Source: a virus
Lineage: Duplodnaviria > Caudoviricetes
DNA: 54,678 bases
IMG/VR virus record: IMGVR_UViG_3300008450_000050
Coordinates: 1-54,678 of that record
Direction: 5' to 3' (one strand)
Below are positions 26,690 through 36,618 of this stretch, piece after piece (the stretch's first letter is position 1; each line of letters opens with the position of its first letter). Below the pieces are notes generated by a model. It was given only the letters and a program-made list of their open reading frames with translations, searched no databases and was not told the origin of the DNA. The position numbers and the translations under genes were made by a program.

Positions 26690-27790
26690 TCAGGCCGCCT
26701 TTTTGACGGAGCGTAGGGCATCAGACAGCAAGCCAACATCGACAACCATCTTGCCGCCGATCTTGCGCGTCGTGCCGGGGTGGTCGCGCTCCAGCTCCTG
26801 CGCCATCGGGCCGACGACCTTCGGGTAGGTTTTCGGGTCGTCTTTGTAGCGGTAGGCGTACATCTGCTGGCCCGTCTCCGGGTCCTTGCCGAGCTTGGTG
26901 ATGTCGGTCTTCATGGTTTCGTCGGACAGACCAAGCAGCGCGCCGAACCCGCCCGCCTTGCCGGCCGCGCCGATCAGCGAAGAGCCGAGGCCGAGCACGC
27001 CGTTGAGCAGGCCCGAACCGCCGTCCTCCTTTTCCGTCTGCTTGAACACATCCTGATTGTAGACCTGCGGGACGTAGTTGCGATACCAGTCCAGCATTGT
27101 GCGCGGGACATCCATCGCGGACTGCGCGAACTGCTGCTGTTGGTTGCCCGCGCCGAGCACAGCCTGTGCACCCTGCAATTCGCGGGCCTGCTGCTGCGTG
27201 CGAAGCTGGCTTTCCACCTGCGGGGCCTTGAGGCCGTAATCCATGCGGGCCAAGCGCGACTGCTGGTCCATCTGGGCGTTCTGGCTTGCGGTCGAGAGCG
27301 CCTTGTTGAAGGCATCGCCCTGAATGCCGGCGATGGTCTGCCCCACGTTCTGATTGAAGCCACGCGCCGCCTGCCCGCGCGCAATTGCCTCGCCCGATCC
27401 GCCCATGGCGCCCGCCGCCGCATACTTGCTCGCCAGCCCCGCGTCAGCGTTCGAATACTCCCGGCGCATGGCGTCCAGTGTCGTATCGCCAACCGCCTTC
27501 GCATAGGGGTTCATGAACTCGCTGATGGCGCCGGGGCCGATCTGAGCAGCCGTAGCATCGCCGGGGTTCATGCCGGGGGCCGTTACCGGCGCGGAGTCAA
27601 AGACGTTCCCGGTCGAAATGCGCGCGAGATCGAACGCCTTGAGCTGGTCTGCCGTCTGCGCCGCACGGGCAAACGGGCTCGCCTGCCAGAAGTTGTTCGC
27701 CAGGCCGTAGGCCGTGCCAGCGGTGTTTTGCTGCTGCTGGCTGATCCAGGGATCATAGCGGGTCTGCTGGGAAGAGGTTTCGCTAGCCAT
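26690..27790 (-). CDS. ejection-type protein with C-terminal S74-like intramolecular chaperone domain
   Basis: Gln/Ala-rich body; LSDETMKTDI...YRYK...GPMAQELE. Confidence 0.75.
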   Translation of the reverse strand: MASETSSQQTRYDPWISQQQQNTAGTAYGLANNFWQASPFARAAQTADQLKAFDLARISTGNVFDSAPVTAPGMNPGDATAAQIGPGAISEFMNPYAKAVGDTTLDAMRREYSNADAGLASKYAAAGAMGGSGEAIARGQAARGFNQNVGQTIAGIQGDAFNKALSTASQNAQMDQQSRLARMDYGLKAPQVESQLRTQQQARELQGAQAVLGAGNQQQQFAQSAMDVPRTMLDWYRNYVPQVYNQDVFKQTEKEDGGSGLLNGVLGLGSSLIGAAGKAGGFGALLGLSDETMKTDITKLGKDPETGQQMYAYRYKDDPKTYPKVVGPMAQELERDHPGTTRKIGGKMVVDVGLLSDALRSVKKAA

Positions 27791-27812
27791 CTATGCCGTG
27801 TCCTTCTGTCGC

Positions 27813-30017
27813 TCAGCGCCGCGAGCCATCAGAGCCAATGTCAACGGACCATGCGCCGAACCGCGCATGCCCGCCTGTCGTCACCCAATCGAACCGGAAC
27901 CGAACCATGCGGGCGTTGACCCGGAAATTCTTCTGCTCCGTCGTGGGAGTCAGCACGAAGGGGCCTGTCGTCTTGACCGTCGTCGCCTGCGGGTAAATCT
28001 TGCTGTAGACCGTCATTTCGACGTCGCCGGTCTGATCCTTGAAGTCGGGGCGCATGCCGAGAAGGGCCGTGAACGCTTCGCCATCGACCTGATCGAGCCA
28101 GCTCGTTTCCAAATAGGCCCCCAAAAGCGCGCCGTTATCGTCGGTGCCGACTTCATGCTGATAGGCGAGGCTTTTGGCCCCGTCGCGGGGCTCAAACAGG
28201 ACCGGGCTCGGCAGAATGTCGCCAGAAATCGCCGCCGTGCGCTCCCACATGCCCATCGACCACACGTCCTTCGTGAGCCAGTTGAACGCCGCATAGCGTG
28301 AGCATTCTGCTGGCGTCGGCGCGGTCACGTCGCGGCTATCAGGCCAATGGAACCAGAACTCGGTCCATTCATCGTTTGCCCAGGCGAAGCACTTAAGCGA
28401 CTGATTGGCGTCCAGATTGTCGAAAATATCGTCCCGGATCGGGCACTCGATTTCCTCAACGGCGCCGAGCGATGTCGCCCCGATGCCTCGGAAGATCCAC
28501 ATCTTCTTCGTGCGGGAAGCCCAGATCAGGAAGCCAGAGCACTCCGCGTAGGAATGGCGGGACAACAGCCCGCAACCCTTTGCCAACTTGTCGAATTTGA
28601 ACGCGCCACCGGGCTCGCCCAGCCATGTGAGCACGCCGAACCCGGCATCGCCCCAGACCGCGTCCTGCTGACGAGTGCTGGACCCGGCCATGATCCGGCC
28701 GCCAATCTCGGTTGCCTCAATCTGCCCGGCCACGTTGTTGGCGTCCGGTATCCAGAGCCGGTTGTTGCCGACATCGCAGTTGCGAACGGCGGTCGGGGAA
28801 TAGAGCCCGTCAACGGTCGTGCAGCCGAGCGCGATGACGACGTTCTTGGCCGAAACCGAGATGGCGTCGATCCGCGCCGGGGCGGTCGGGATGAAATATG
28901 CCTTGTCGTACAGCCGGTAGGTGAAGCTCTCCACCTTGCCGTCGAACGCCGCATCGGCTGCAAGCAGAAAATCCGACAGATCGGCAGGGACGCGGAAAAT
29001 CCGGCGATAGGTGCCGTTTTTCGTGATGACCGCAGAGGCCGTGCTGACATCGATAGGCGCCGCAGGATCGCCCGCATTGGCCTGAAACTTGATCGAACCC
29101 GCCGTCCTGCCCGTGATGACGAAATCGACAACGCAGGTGCGCCCGTCCAGCCCCAGTTCTGCCGTCGATTGCGAGAGGTTGGACGCGACGCCGGGCGTCT
29201 TGACCACTCCGCCGGCGGAGTAGGCCCACCCTGTCCCGAGTGCCCAGCCATCGGCGTTCGTTGTGAACTCTCCGTTGAACGACAGATCGTCATAGGTGGT
29301 TTCGGGCTGCCATTCGGCTAGGCCGTAGCCAGACGGGTTCGCTTGCAGGTTTTCGCCAAGGTTGCCCATGGTCCAAACACGCAGTTCGTTTGACGCGGTC
29401 GCGCCGCCCCATGTTCCGGTGCTCCAAGTGCCGGCGCCCCAGCCCGTGAGGTCGTTCGACACCAGTCCGTCAGGCAACTCAACCGACAGATCGACGTTGC
29501 CGCCGCCATCCGTGACCGTGCTGGACGCATTCGACCCGTGGGTGATCGTGAACGCGCCTTCGCCCGCAACCTCCGTGACCGTATAAGTGCCCTCAATCGT
29601 CAGGCCGCCGACAGTCGCCTGGTGGTTCGAAAAGACGAACGGCGTGCCGACGACGGCGTTGTGATAGGGCAGATTGACCGTGACGATAGGCGAGCCGTTG
29701 ACGGTTGAAAAGGCGTCCGTCAGCACCGTGAAGTGCAGGAGCGGGGTGATGTCCTTGCGGGAGCCAGACACCTCGCCATAGAGTTTTAGCTCGGTGCCGT
29801 ACGCCTTGCAGGGCTGGCCTTGCAGGTTCGTCCACGAATGCCCGCCGCGCGGATAGCCGTCGATCTCGTCAGGGCTATCCAGCACGCACCCGCCGACAGG
29901 CTGCGCCTTGTTCTGGTAGAAACGGACGCGATTTCCGGCGACATACGACCCCTCCTTTTCAAGAGGGGTGTCGGTCGAGAACAGTCCGGGCGGGAATTTT
30001 GGCTTTGTGTAGACCAC
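27813..30017 (-). CDS. tail nozzle/hub protein
   Basis: Beta-rich 734 aa; NRVRFY N-terminus; position in podovirus tail block. Confidence 0.7.
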   Translation of the reverse strand: MVYTKPKFPPGLFSTDTPLEKEGSYVAGNRVRFYQNKAQPVGGCVLDSPDEIDGYPRGGHSWTNLQGQPCKAYGTELKLYGEVSGSRKDITPLLHFTVLTDAFSTVNGSPIVTVNLPYHNAVVGTPFVFSNHQATVGGLTIEGTYTVTEVAGEGAFTITHGSNASSTVTDGGGNVDLSVELPDGLVSNDLTGWGAGTWSTGTWGGATASNELRVWTMGNLGENLQANPSGYGLAEWQPETTYDDLSFNGEFTTNADGWALGTGWAYSAGGVVKTPGVASNLSQSTAELGLDGRTCVVDFVITGRTAGSIKFQANAGDPAAPIDVSTASAVITKNGTYRRIFRVPADLSDFLLAADAAFDGKVESFTYRLYDKAYFIPTAPARIDAISVSAKNVVIALGCTTVDGLYSPTAVRNCDVGNNRLWIPDANNVAGQIEATEIGGRIMAGSSTRQQDAVWGDAGFGVLTWLGEPGGAFKFDKLAKGCGLLSRHSYAECSGFLIWASRTKKMWIFRGIGATSLGAVEEIECPIRDDIFDNLDANQSLKCFAWANDEWTEFWFHWPDSRDVTAPTPAECSRYAAFNWLTKDVWSMGMWERTAAISGDILPSPVLFEPRDGAKSLAYQHEVGTDDNGALLGAYLETSWLDQVDGEAFTALLGMRPDFKDQTGDVEMTVYSKIYPQATTVKTTGPFVLTPTTEQKNFRVNARMVRFRFDWVTTGGHARFGAWSVDIGSDGSRR

Positions 30018-30217
30018 TAGCGGAACGCCCTGTCATAGGCGCGCTGGCGCTCAGTTTCGATACGTTGGCGCTCCTTGCGCTCTGCCTCGATATGGCGGGC
30101 AAGGTCGTCAGCCGGATCGCCTTCAAGACCATCCGCCATGCCCGCCCATTCCAGCGCGGTTTCCTGCGCGCTCGGAATGACGACGGACTGGCGCGGAGCC
30201 TTGGGGTTGCGGCGCAT
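30017..30217 (-). CDS. small hypothetical protein
   Basis: Coupled to both neighbours. Confidence 0.55.
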   Translation of the reverse strand: MRRNPKAPRQSVVIPSAQETALEWAGMADGLEGDPADDLARHIEAERKERQRIETERQRAYDRAFR

Positions 30218-30933
30218 CAGAAGCCGCCCCACGAATAGCCCGGCCGGTAGTTGGTCGCGGCGAATGGATCGGGGTTGTACGCGCCAGTACCGGGCATGTA
30301 CGCGCCCGTCTGCTGCGTCATGTCGATGCCCGTCATGTCGGCCGGGCCGCCGCCCTGCTGCCCGGTAATCTGGCCGAAATTGGCGTCGGCGTAGTTCGAG
30401 GGCATGACCCCGCCGACCGCGTTGTTGCCCATCAGGACGGTGTCGTAAGCCTGCTGTTGACGGGTCTGGTTTTCGGTGCGCTCGCGAGAGGCCGTGTCCC
30501 ATGCGCCACGCAGTCGCTCCCACTCGGGATTGGAGCCCAGGTTGATCTCGTGGCTGGCGCCGTCAGCGGTCGCCGCGACCCGGCCCGCCCCAGCATCATA
30601 AGGGTTGTACCCGACGCCGAACGCGCCGCCGTTGGCCTGCGCCATGGCAATCGGGGCGAGGCCGTACTTGCGCGCCTCATCGTAGAGCGCATTGCGCGCA
30701 TCAGCCTCTGCGCCTGTCGCGCCCTGTAGCCATTCATTCCGAAGCGCCGCGTCGCCCTGCATGCGATACGGCTCATCGTTGAACGCATTGGCCGTGAGAA
30801 AGCGCGGCGTTTCCGCCAGCTTGCGTTCCCAGCCCATGTTGAACTCTTGGGTGGAATCGATGCCCCGGCTCTGCGGCGCAGCCATGCCCTGCCGTGTCGG
30901 GAATGCGCTCCCGAAGCCGCCAAATCCTGCCAT
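30217..30933 (-). CDS. hypothetical Gly-rich virion-region protein
   Basis: GAGG RBS. Confidence 0.7.
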   Translation of the reverse strand: MAGFGGFGSAFPTRQGMAAPQSRGIDSTQEFNMGWERKLAETPRFLTANAFNDEPYRMQGDAALRNEWLQGATGAEADARNALYDEARKYGLAPIAMAQANGGAFGVGYNPYDAGAGRVAATADGASHEINLGSNPEWERLRGAWDTASRERTENQTRQQQAYDTVLMGNNAVGGVMPSNYADANFGQITGQQGGGPADMTGIDMTQQTGAYMPGTGAYNPDPFAATNYRPGYSWGGF

Positions 30934-30944
30934 GTCGGATACCT

Positions 30945-31268
30945 CTATGCTCGGATGGTGGAAGCCTGACGGAACAGGTCATCGACCTGTGCACTGGCCA
31001 GGCTGAGAGCCGCCGCAAGGGCCGCGATGGTCGGGCTGGCGCGCTCGAATTGCATCGCGTCAGACCATGCCAGTTTGGTCGTGGCGTCGGCCTGAGCGAT
31101 GGCCGCCTCAACGTCGTCCAGTAGACCCGCCTGAGCGAGTGCGGCCTTGGCTTGGAAGCGGGAGACGGCGGCCGGGACAGGCGCAGGGCCGGGCGCGCGA
31201 GACGCCTCAAACGCGGCGATCTCATCGTCCGTCATGTCAATGAGCGCGCCGTCAACAAGCTTTTTCAT
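30945..31268 (-). CDS. tail-fibre-associated protein
   Basis: VSRFQAKAAL...QVDDLF pattern; follows fibre gene. Confidence 0.75.
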   Translation of the reverse strand: MKKLVDGALIDMTDDEIAAFEASRAPGPAPVPAAVSRFQAKAALAQAGLLDDVEAAIAQADATTKLAWSDAMQFERASPTIAALAAALSLASAQVDDLFRQASTIRA

Positions 31269-31272
31269 CGCG

Positions 31273-33012
31273 CTACCTCAGGCCATAATGATGGATGGTG
31301 CCGCCGTCGAGATTGCCCGCGACGGACAGGAACTGGACGCCCTGCAAAGCTGCGGCTGTTGACTGCCGGGCCGTCACTGTCTCCGTCAGGTTCCCTGAAG
31401 GAGTTGCCGAGACCATAACCGCTGCCTGACGCGATGCTGTCGCGTTGAACGGGGCGATAATGTCAATTGTGGATGAGACGAAATCGGTCGCGACCTGCGC
31501 CGACGAAAGCCCAATGATCGTGCCGCCGTTATCAAGGTCAGGCGCGCCGCCTGGGCCTGCGGCGGTGTAGCCAGTCGCGGCGTAGGAACCCGACTTCTTG
31601 TAGCGCATGCCTACGATCTGGCTGCCAGCGTCGTTGTGGGACAAAGCCTCAACAATGAACCGGAACGACTTGAACTGCGTGTCGTCAAAGCCGCGCTCAA
31701 AATCGACGCTCGCCACCGCAGAGCCGATTGTCTGCGTCTGAACGAGCACCATCGTCTGCCGGCCGATGGTGTAGAGAGCCGACCCATCGCACTGCACAAT
31801 GAACGCCTCGCCGGGGTAGACCTTGATCGTGGTCAGGCCGTCAATCGTTTCTGAGGCATTGGGATCGAGGGTTACAACGCCTGTGCCGCTGTTGCGAATG
31901 TAGACGAGCCAGTTCGCCGCCAGCGTCGCCGCCGCGTCGAACGTCTGCGTGAACGTGCCCGACGTGATGTCAATGAACTTGCCGCTGTCGGCCAGTCCGA
32001 GAATGGTGTTGGATGTGCGGCCGGACCGGGCAAGCGCGAGGGTGCCCGCCGCGCCTGTCGCGCCGCGCTCGCCGGAATAGCGAATGGTCCAGTCGGCATA
32101 AGTACCAGAGCCCACAATGGCTGAGACATCGACCGTCAGGGACGTGCCCGAATAGGCCGTAACGATGCCAAACATGGACCGGGTTGAGGGGCTTGCATCC
32201 GAGGTCGCCAAAACGCGGGCGCCGACGTCGAAGAACTTGCCGGCCTGCGTCGTGAAGGCTTTGGAGCCCGTGCCGATGGCAAGCGAGGTGGTCGATGTTC
32301 CGGTCAGTCGCGCGGCGGAAGCGGCGGCGTTCGTCTCTGACGTAGCAGCAGCCAACGCACTCGCGGCGGCAGCATCCGCGTCCGCCTGAGCCTCGGCCAG
32401 GACCGTGGCGAACTGCCCGAAATGCACCGCGTCGCCCGTTGCTGTCCCGTCAGGCAGGCCGGTGATTTTCTGGCCGTTCATCGCCAGCGGGGATGTCGGC
32501 GCGGCGAACTGGTGAACCTTATTGGCGAGCGTCGCGGCGTCGTTCGTGCTGGTGGCCACGCCGACGCCGGTCAGCTTGAAGCCGCCCATGGCGACATTCG
32601 CGGCAGCCGTCTTGATCTTGTCGAGCGTCGGGTCAAACGCATATGCCGTCGTGCCGTCCGTCACCCACGGGACGGTTGTGCCGGCACGGATGACGGCGCC
32701 CGTGCCGCCCGAAGGCTTGACGGTGATGTCTGCCGTGCTGTCGTTCTTGACGAGATACCAATAGGAGACGGCGGGAACCGTGACGGTCGCGGCGACAGTG
32801 CCGGTGAAATTTAGGACCGCCGCGCGCGCCTCATCCGCGATGAAGTTGGACGAGGTGAGCGTGACATCGCCCGTGATCGCCTTGATCGTGTACTGACCGC
32901 GCGCGTCGTCCAACCGCTGCATGGCGGTGTTGGCGCGCGCGCCCCAGGTGTTGAGGTTTTCGAAATCGCCCTGAAGCTCAACCCGAACGCGGGTGGATGC
33001 TGTCGATGCCAT
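31273..33012 (-). CDS. tail fibre protein
   Basis: Thr/Gly/Ala-rich; GERGATGAAG linker; ETIDG module. Confidence 0.82.
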   Translation of the reverse strand: MASTASTRVRVELQGDFENLNTWGARANTAMQRLDDARGQYTIKAITGDVTLTSSNFIADEARAAVLNFTGTVAATVTVPAVSYWYLVKNDSTADITVKPSGGTGAVIRAGTTVPWVTDGTTAYAFDPTLDKIKTAAANVAMGGFKLTGVGVATSTNDAATLANKVHQFAAPTSPLAMNGQKITGLPDGTATGDAVHFGQFATVLAEAQADADAAAASALAAATSETNAAASAARLTGTSTTSLAIGTGSKAFTTQAGKFFDVGARVLATSDASPSTRSMFGIVTAYSGTSLTVDVSAIVGSGTYADWTIRYSGERGATGAAGTLALARSGRTSNTILGLADSGKFIDITSGTFTQTFDAAATLAANWLVYIRNSGTGVVTLDPNASETIDGLTTIKVYPGEAFIVQCDGSALYTIGRQTMVLVQTQTIGSAVASVDFERGFDDTQFKSFRFIVEALSHNDAGSQIVGMRYKKSGSYAATGYTAAGPGGAPDLDNGGTIIGLSSAQVATDFVSSTIDIIAPFNATASRQAAVMVSATPSGNLTETVTARQSTAAALQGVQFLSVAGNLDGGTIHHYGLR

Positions 33013-33026
33013 GGCCGGTTAAATCC

Positions 33027-33671
33027 TCAGAGGCAGGACGGACGGATGCGGGACACCTGCGAGCGAGAGGACGTTTCCGCCCTCAATCGCTGATAGGCTT
33101 CGTCTTCGAGGGCCTGCATGGCTTGCGCCTGCGTGGCCTCGGTCCCGAGCATCCAGTTGAGATACAAATTGCGCTTGGCGCGGAAGCGGATCAGCTCTTC
33201 CGCATCCGTCATCCAAGGGTTATCGGCTTCGCTGTCAGAAGCCGGGGCATCGACGCGATAGACGCCCATGATCTTGACCGGATAAACCCCATCGGGGATC
33301 GGATAGAACCGCAGCTTCTGCTCGTAGTAGCTGTAATATGTCGGCACATCGCCCAGCGCGCCGGTCGAGTTGATCATGATCTCGATGGCTTGTGGCGTGG
33401 TCAGCGTGAGCGGATAGACCTGCCCGTTGTCGATGACCGTGATGCTGTCGATGCGGATGATGTTGGCGATGTCCACGCCGCCAGACCCGGAGTATTCCGA
33501 CTGGCCTGCAGACGTGTTGAAGGTACGCCCGGTCGCCTGTTCAGTGAACCAGAAGCGCTTGCCGCGATAGAAGTTGATCGCTGACGTGATCTCGGACGCA
33601 ATGGCGTCGTCCAGATCGTCGCGCGTCGTCTCCGCTGCGATCCGCGCCTTCATCGTGCCGAGTGTCGTCAT
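33027..33671 (-). CDS. head-tail adaptor (tubular protein A-like)
   Basis: Position after capsid genes; FYPIPDGVY motif. Confidence 0.72.
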   Translation of the reverse strand: MTTLGTMKARIAAETTRDDLDDAIASEITSAINFYRGKRFWFTEQATGRTFNTSAGQSEYSGSGGVDIANIIRIDSITVIDNGQVYPLTLTTPQAIEIMINSTGALGDVPTYYSYYEQKLRFYPIPDGVYPVKIMGVYRVDAPASDSEADNPWMTDAEELIRFRAKRNLYLNWMLGTEATQAQAMQALEDEAYQRLRAETSSRSQVSRIRPSCL

Positions 33672-33691
33672 CGGGTATCCCCAAACGAGAA

Positions 33692-33718
33692 TAGGGAGGG
33701 CAGAAAACCGCCCTCCCC
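33692..33718 (-). terminator. hairpin after capsid genes, possible terminator
   Basis: GGGAGGGC/GCCCTCCC stem with weak T tail. Confidence 0.5.
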
Positions 33719-33741
33719 GTTGTCAGTGCAGTCCTGAGAGA

Positions 33742-34158
33742 TCAGGGACGGGCCATGTACGCGATGAAGACCTCGGCCGAACCGGCGGTCGCAGCGGTGC
33801 CGGCCAGAGCCAGCGTCGCCGTGATCGTGGTGTCAGCCGCGACGGCCATGGTCACAGCCTCGTCAATCGGGACGAAAGCGATGGTGCCCATGGCAAGGTC
33901 GGTCGCGTAGAAGTCATCGTCAGCAGCGACGCCGCCGGTCGCAGCGGAACGGCCAATGTCGAGCACGTTGGACGTGCCCGCGTTGAACGCAACGTTGACC
34001 GAAACGCCGGACATCGGCTTGATGATGACGGAACCAGCGGGGATCACCCCGATGGTCTTGGCGACGCCGTTGTCCCCGAAGACGATGGTCTTGCGGATGT
34101 AGGCGACGACCTGCTCGGTCGGCATGCGAGCGGAATTGCCGGCAGTGTTGGTGGTCAT
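33742..34158 (-). CDS. capsid decoration/cement-like protein
   Basis: Directly after MCP; beta-sandwich-like composition. Confidence 0.7.
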   Translation of the reverse strand: MTTNTAGNSARMPTEQVVAYIRKTIVFGDNGVAKTIGVIPAGSVIIKPMSGVSVNVAFNAGTSNVLDIGRSAATGGVAADDDFYATDLAMGTIAFVPIDEAVTMAVAADTTITATLALAGTAATAGSAEVFIAYMARP

Positions 34159-34172
34159 CTGTCAGCCCTCCC

Positions 34173-35252
34173 TTACGAAGCCGGCGCGGCGTAGGTGGTA
34201 ACAGCGATGGTGCCGTAGTCTTCGCTGTTGTAACGGCCCTTCTTCATGCCGACGATGAGCTTGACACCAACGCCAAGCTCGCGGTCGTAGTCGAAGAGCT
34301 GCTCGGTCCACATGAACTTCGTGGCGCCGCCATTCATGCCGAACGCAACGGAAGCCGCCTGCGCGCCGCAGAAGACAGCGCGGCGGGTGTTGGCGACGGT
34401 CGCGCCGGTCGAGCCATGCACGCCCTGAGGAATGCGGGTGGCTTCGACAAGCAGGGTGCGGTTGTAGATGCCGAGAGCGCCCGTGAAGAGAGCGTTCTTG
34501 TCACCTTCGCCGCCCTGAAGGCGCTTGCCCTGAAGGTCGAACCAGTTGCCCGCCGTGGACGCGTCCGCGCGAAGCGAAAGCGTCTGGTCGGGGTGGATGA
34601 ACATCACGAAGTCGATGTCCTTACCCAGACCCTTGATCGGACGGATGAGCGGGTTGGCCGTGCGAGCACGGTTCACGCACTTGTCGATCAGGGCGAGCTT
34701 GAAGGTGTCGCCGGTTCCCAGCGACTGGTCGTTGGCAACCGAAGTGCCGCCACGGAAGAGCCGGTTCGTGGACGGCGCGAGGGCCGCGTTGAAGCCGGTG
34801 TACTTCGTGTTGGTCTGAGCGGTGTTGCCGGCCAGGACGTTAAAGAACTGAGTGTCGAGGCGGTCCACGACCCAATCCTTCAGAGCGTCATACGCCTCCT
34901 CGCGGAGATCGTAGGGAACGCGCTGAGCGTCGATGGTGCCCTTGTTGCGGACACGAACGGCGTGGTTCAGCTCGTTGACGACGAGGCTGTCCGAATAGGT
35001 GCTGAGGGATTCCTCGTTACCTTCCAGAACCTCGTTCTCCGTGACGCCTTCGCCTGAGAGCAGGCTGCGGAGAGCCCAGGTGATCGAGTCACCAGCGCCC
35101 TTCTTCGTCTCGGTCATTTCCTGGGCAAGATAAGATCCGGTGGACCCGACATAGTCAGCGTAAAAGGTCTCTTTCAGCGCTTCGACATCGAGCCGCTTGG
35201 ACCAGAGCTTGACCGCCAGGGCGTCGTTGACGCCATAGGTGGTGATAGCCAT
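34173..35252 (-). CDS. major capsid protein (N4-gp56/DUF4043-like)
   Basis: AVKLWS...KGAGDSIT...LEGNEESL...GAQA...FDY; start at MAITTYG. Confidence 0.9.
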   Translation of the reverse strand: MAITTYGVNDALAVKLWSKRLDVEALKETFYADYVGSTGSYLAQEMTETKKGAGDSITWALRSLLSGEGVTENEVLEGNEESLSTYSDSLVVNELNHAVRVRNKGTIDAQRVPYDLREEAYDALKDWVVDRLDTQFFNVLAGNTAQTNTKYTGFNAALAPSTNRLFRGGTSVANDQSLGTGDTFKLALIDKCVNRARTANPLIRPIKGLGKDIDFVMFIHPDQTLSLRADASTAGNWFDLQGKRLQGGEGDKNALFTGALGIYNRTLLVEATRIPQGVHGSTGATVANTRRAVFCGAQAASVAFGMNGGATKFMWTEQLFDYDRELGVGVKLIVGMKKGRYNSEDYGTIAVTTYAAPAS

Positions 35253-35294
35253 CTGGCTTAATCCTTTCGGGATTTTCGCGGGGGGTTTTCGGTG

Positions 35295-35450
35295 CGGATG
35301 CGCGCGTTTCGTCGCGGCGGACGGGACCAATGACGCTGTTGGGCCGGCGAAGCGCTCGATGACGGGAGCGAGCCGAAACGCCCCTTACGGGAGCGATGCG
35401 CTGACGTTCGGTGTCAGACCGGAGACGCTATCGGGTGGGCTGTCTCATGG
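35295..35450 (-). promoter_or_regulatory. hairpin array in capsid mRNA leader
   Basis: Successive stems with CGT(A/C)A-containing loops. Confidence 0.55.
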
Positions 35451-35467
35451 CCCGGTGGTGTCGGCCT

Positions 35468-36508
35468 TCACGCACCGCCAGCGGCGGCCTTGAAGGCGTT
35501 CGTGCCCTTCTTCGTCTTCAAGAGGGCGGCGAATTCGGAATCGTCCATTTCGAGCAGGGACGAGGCGTTGAGCGTGCCGCGAGCAGTGCCACCAGTCCCC
35601 GCCGTAGCGAGTGACTTGTTGGCTTCTTGTCCCTTGGCGATGCTGTCGAGGCGCTTGGGCTCGACAGCGGGGTCTGCGGCGGCCTCGGGCGGCTGATATT
35701 TCCAGCCCCTGATCTCGGCCATCTGCTTGAGGATGCGTGCGGGGTTGCGGCCCTGACGCAGGTTGTCATAGGCGAACTTCAGTTCGTCATTGCGCGCCTT
35801 GGCGACAGCCGCCGCCCGGTCGTAGCCCAGCACCACCAGCTCATCGACGATCTTGCGGGTGGCATATTCGTAGGCCTGCGCGAACTCCGGGTCTTCCTTC
35901 GCGGTCTCAAGCGCGATGGACTTCCAGTCGTTCAGAACGCGGGTCTGGATCTGCTCAACCTGCTGGCGCTCTTGCTGCTGGCGGACTGCCGCCTGCTTTT
36001 CCTCTTCGAACGCCTTGACCTTGTTCGCCAACCACTTCTGATGCGCGAAGAAATCGACTTCAGGGTCCGGCATTTCGTCGGCCGCTGGCTGCGGCTGCGG
36101 AGCGCCGGGCTGGCCGGCGGCGGGGGCCTGTGGGACAATCCCCGCCGCCTGCATCTGAGCAAGCCGCTGGTTCATGATCTCCAGATTGCGGGTGTAACGG
36201 TCGTTGGCTTCCTTGGCCTGACGCTCGGCTTCCTTGCGGCGCTCGCGCTCGGCTTTCAGAGCCCCATAGGAGACGGGCTGCTTGTCCTTTTCGCCGTCGC
36301 CGTCTTCGCCTGTCGCGTCAGGCTTTACGCCCTCGGCTTCCGGCTTGGCGGGGGTCTGCGGTGCGGCCTCGGCTTTCGGCGCCGGGGCGGCGTCACTTTC
36401 GGTCGCGGGTTCGTTGGCAGGGCCTTTCTCGCCACGGGAAGAGAAATAGTCCTTTTCGGCAGGGCTAAGCTCGCCGGCATCGGCCAGCGGGGTTTCAGTC
36501 TCGCTCAT
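35468..36508 (-). CDS. scaffolding protein
   Basis: Acidic N-terminus, coiled coil; between portal and MCP. Confidence 0.8.
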   Translation of the reverse strand: MSETETPLADAGELSPAEKDYFSSRGEKGPANEPATESDAAPAPKAEAAPQTPAKPEAEGVKPDATGEDGDGEKDKQPVSYGALKAERERRKEAERQAKEANDRYTRNLEIMNQRLAQMQAAGIVPQAPAAGQPGAPQPQPAADEMPDPEVDFFAHQKWLANKVKAFEEEKQAAVRQQQERQQVEQIQTRVLNDWKSIALETAKEDPEFAQAYEYATRKIVDELVVLGYDRAAAVAKARNDELKFAYDNLRQGRNPARILKQMAEIRGWKYQPPEAAADPAVEPKRLDSIAKGQEANKSLATAGTGGTARGTLNASSLLEMDDSEFAALLKTKKGTNAFKAAAGGA

Positions 36509-36519
36509 GTATGGTCCTT

Positions 36520-36592
36520 TTGACCTGTCGTGGTCAGCGATGCGCCCGATAACGGGGGCGATCCGAAGCGCCCTGTACGCCGGGCGATGCGA
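36520..36592 (-). promoter_or_regulatory. hairpin array in scaffold mRNA leader
   Basis: CGCCC-loop-GGGCG twice, then TGACC-loop-GGTCA next to the RBS. Confidence 0.6.
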
Positions 36593-36618
36593 AGCCGCTG
36601 TGGATCAGCGGGATAGGC

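Noticed and set aside
34173-35330. Longer capsid start at 35330
   Set aside because: The extension runs through the structured leader; the RBS and family N-terminus fit 35252
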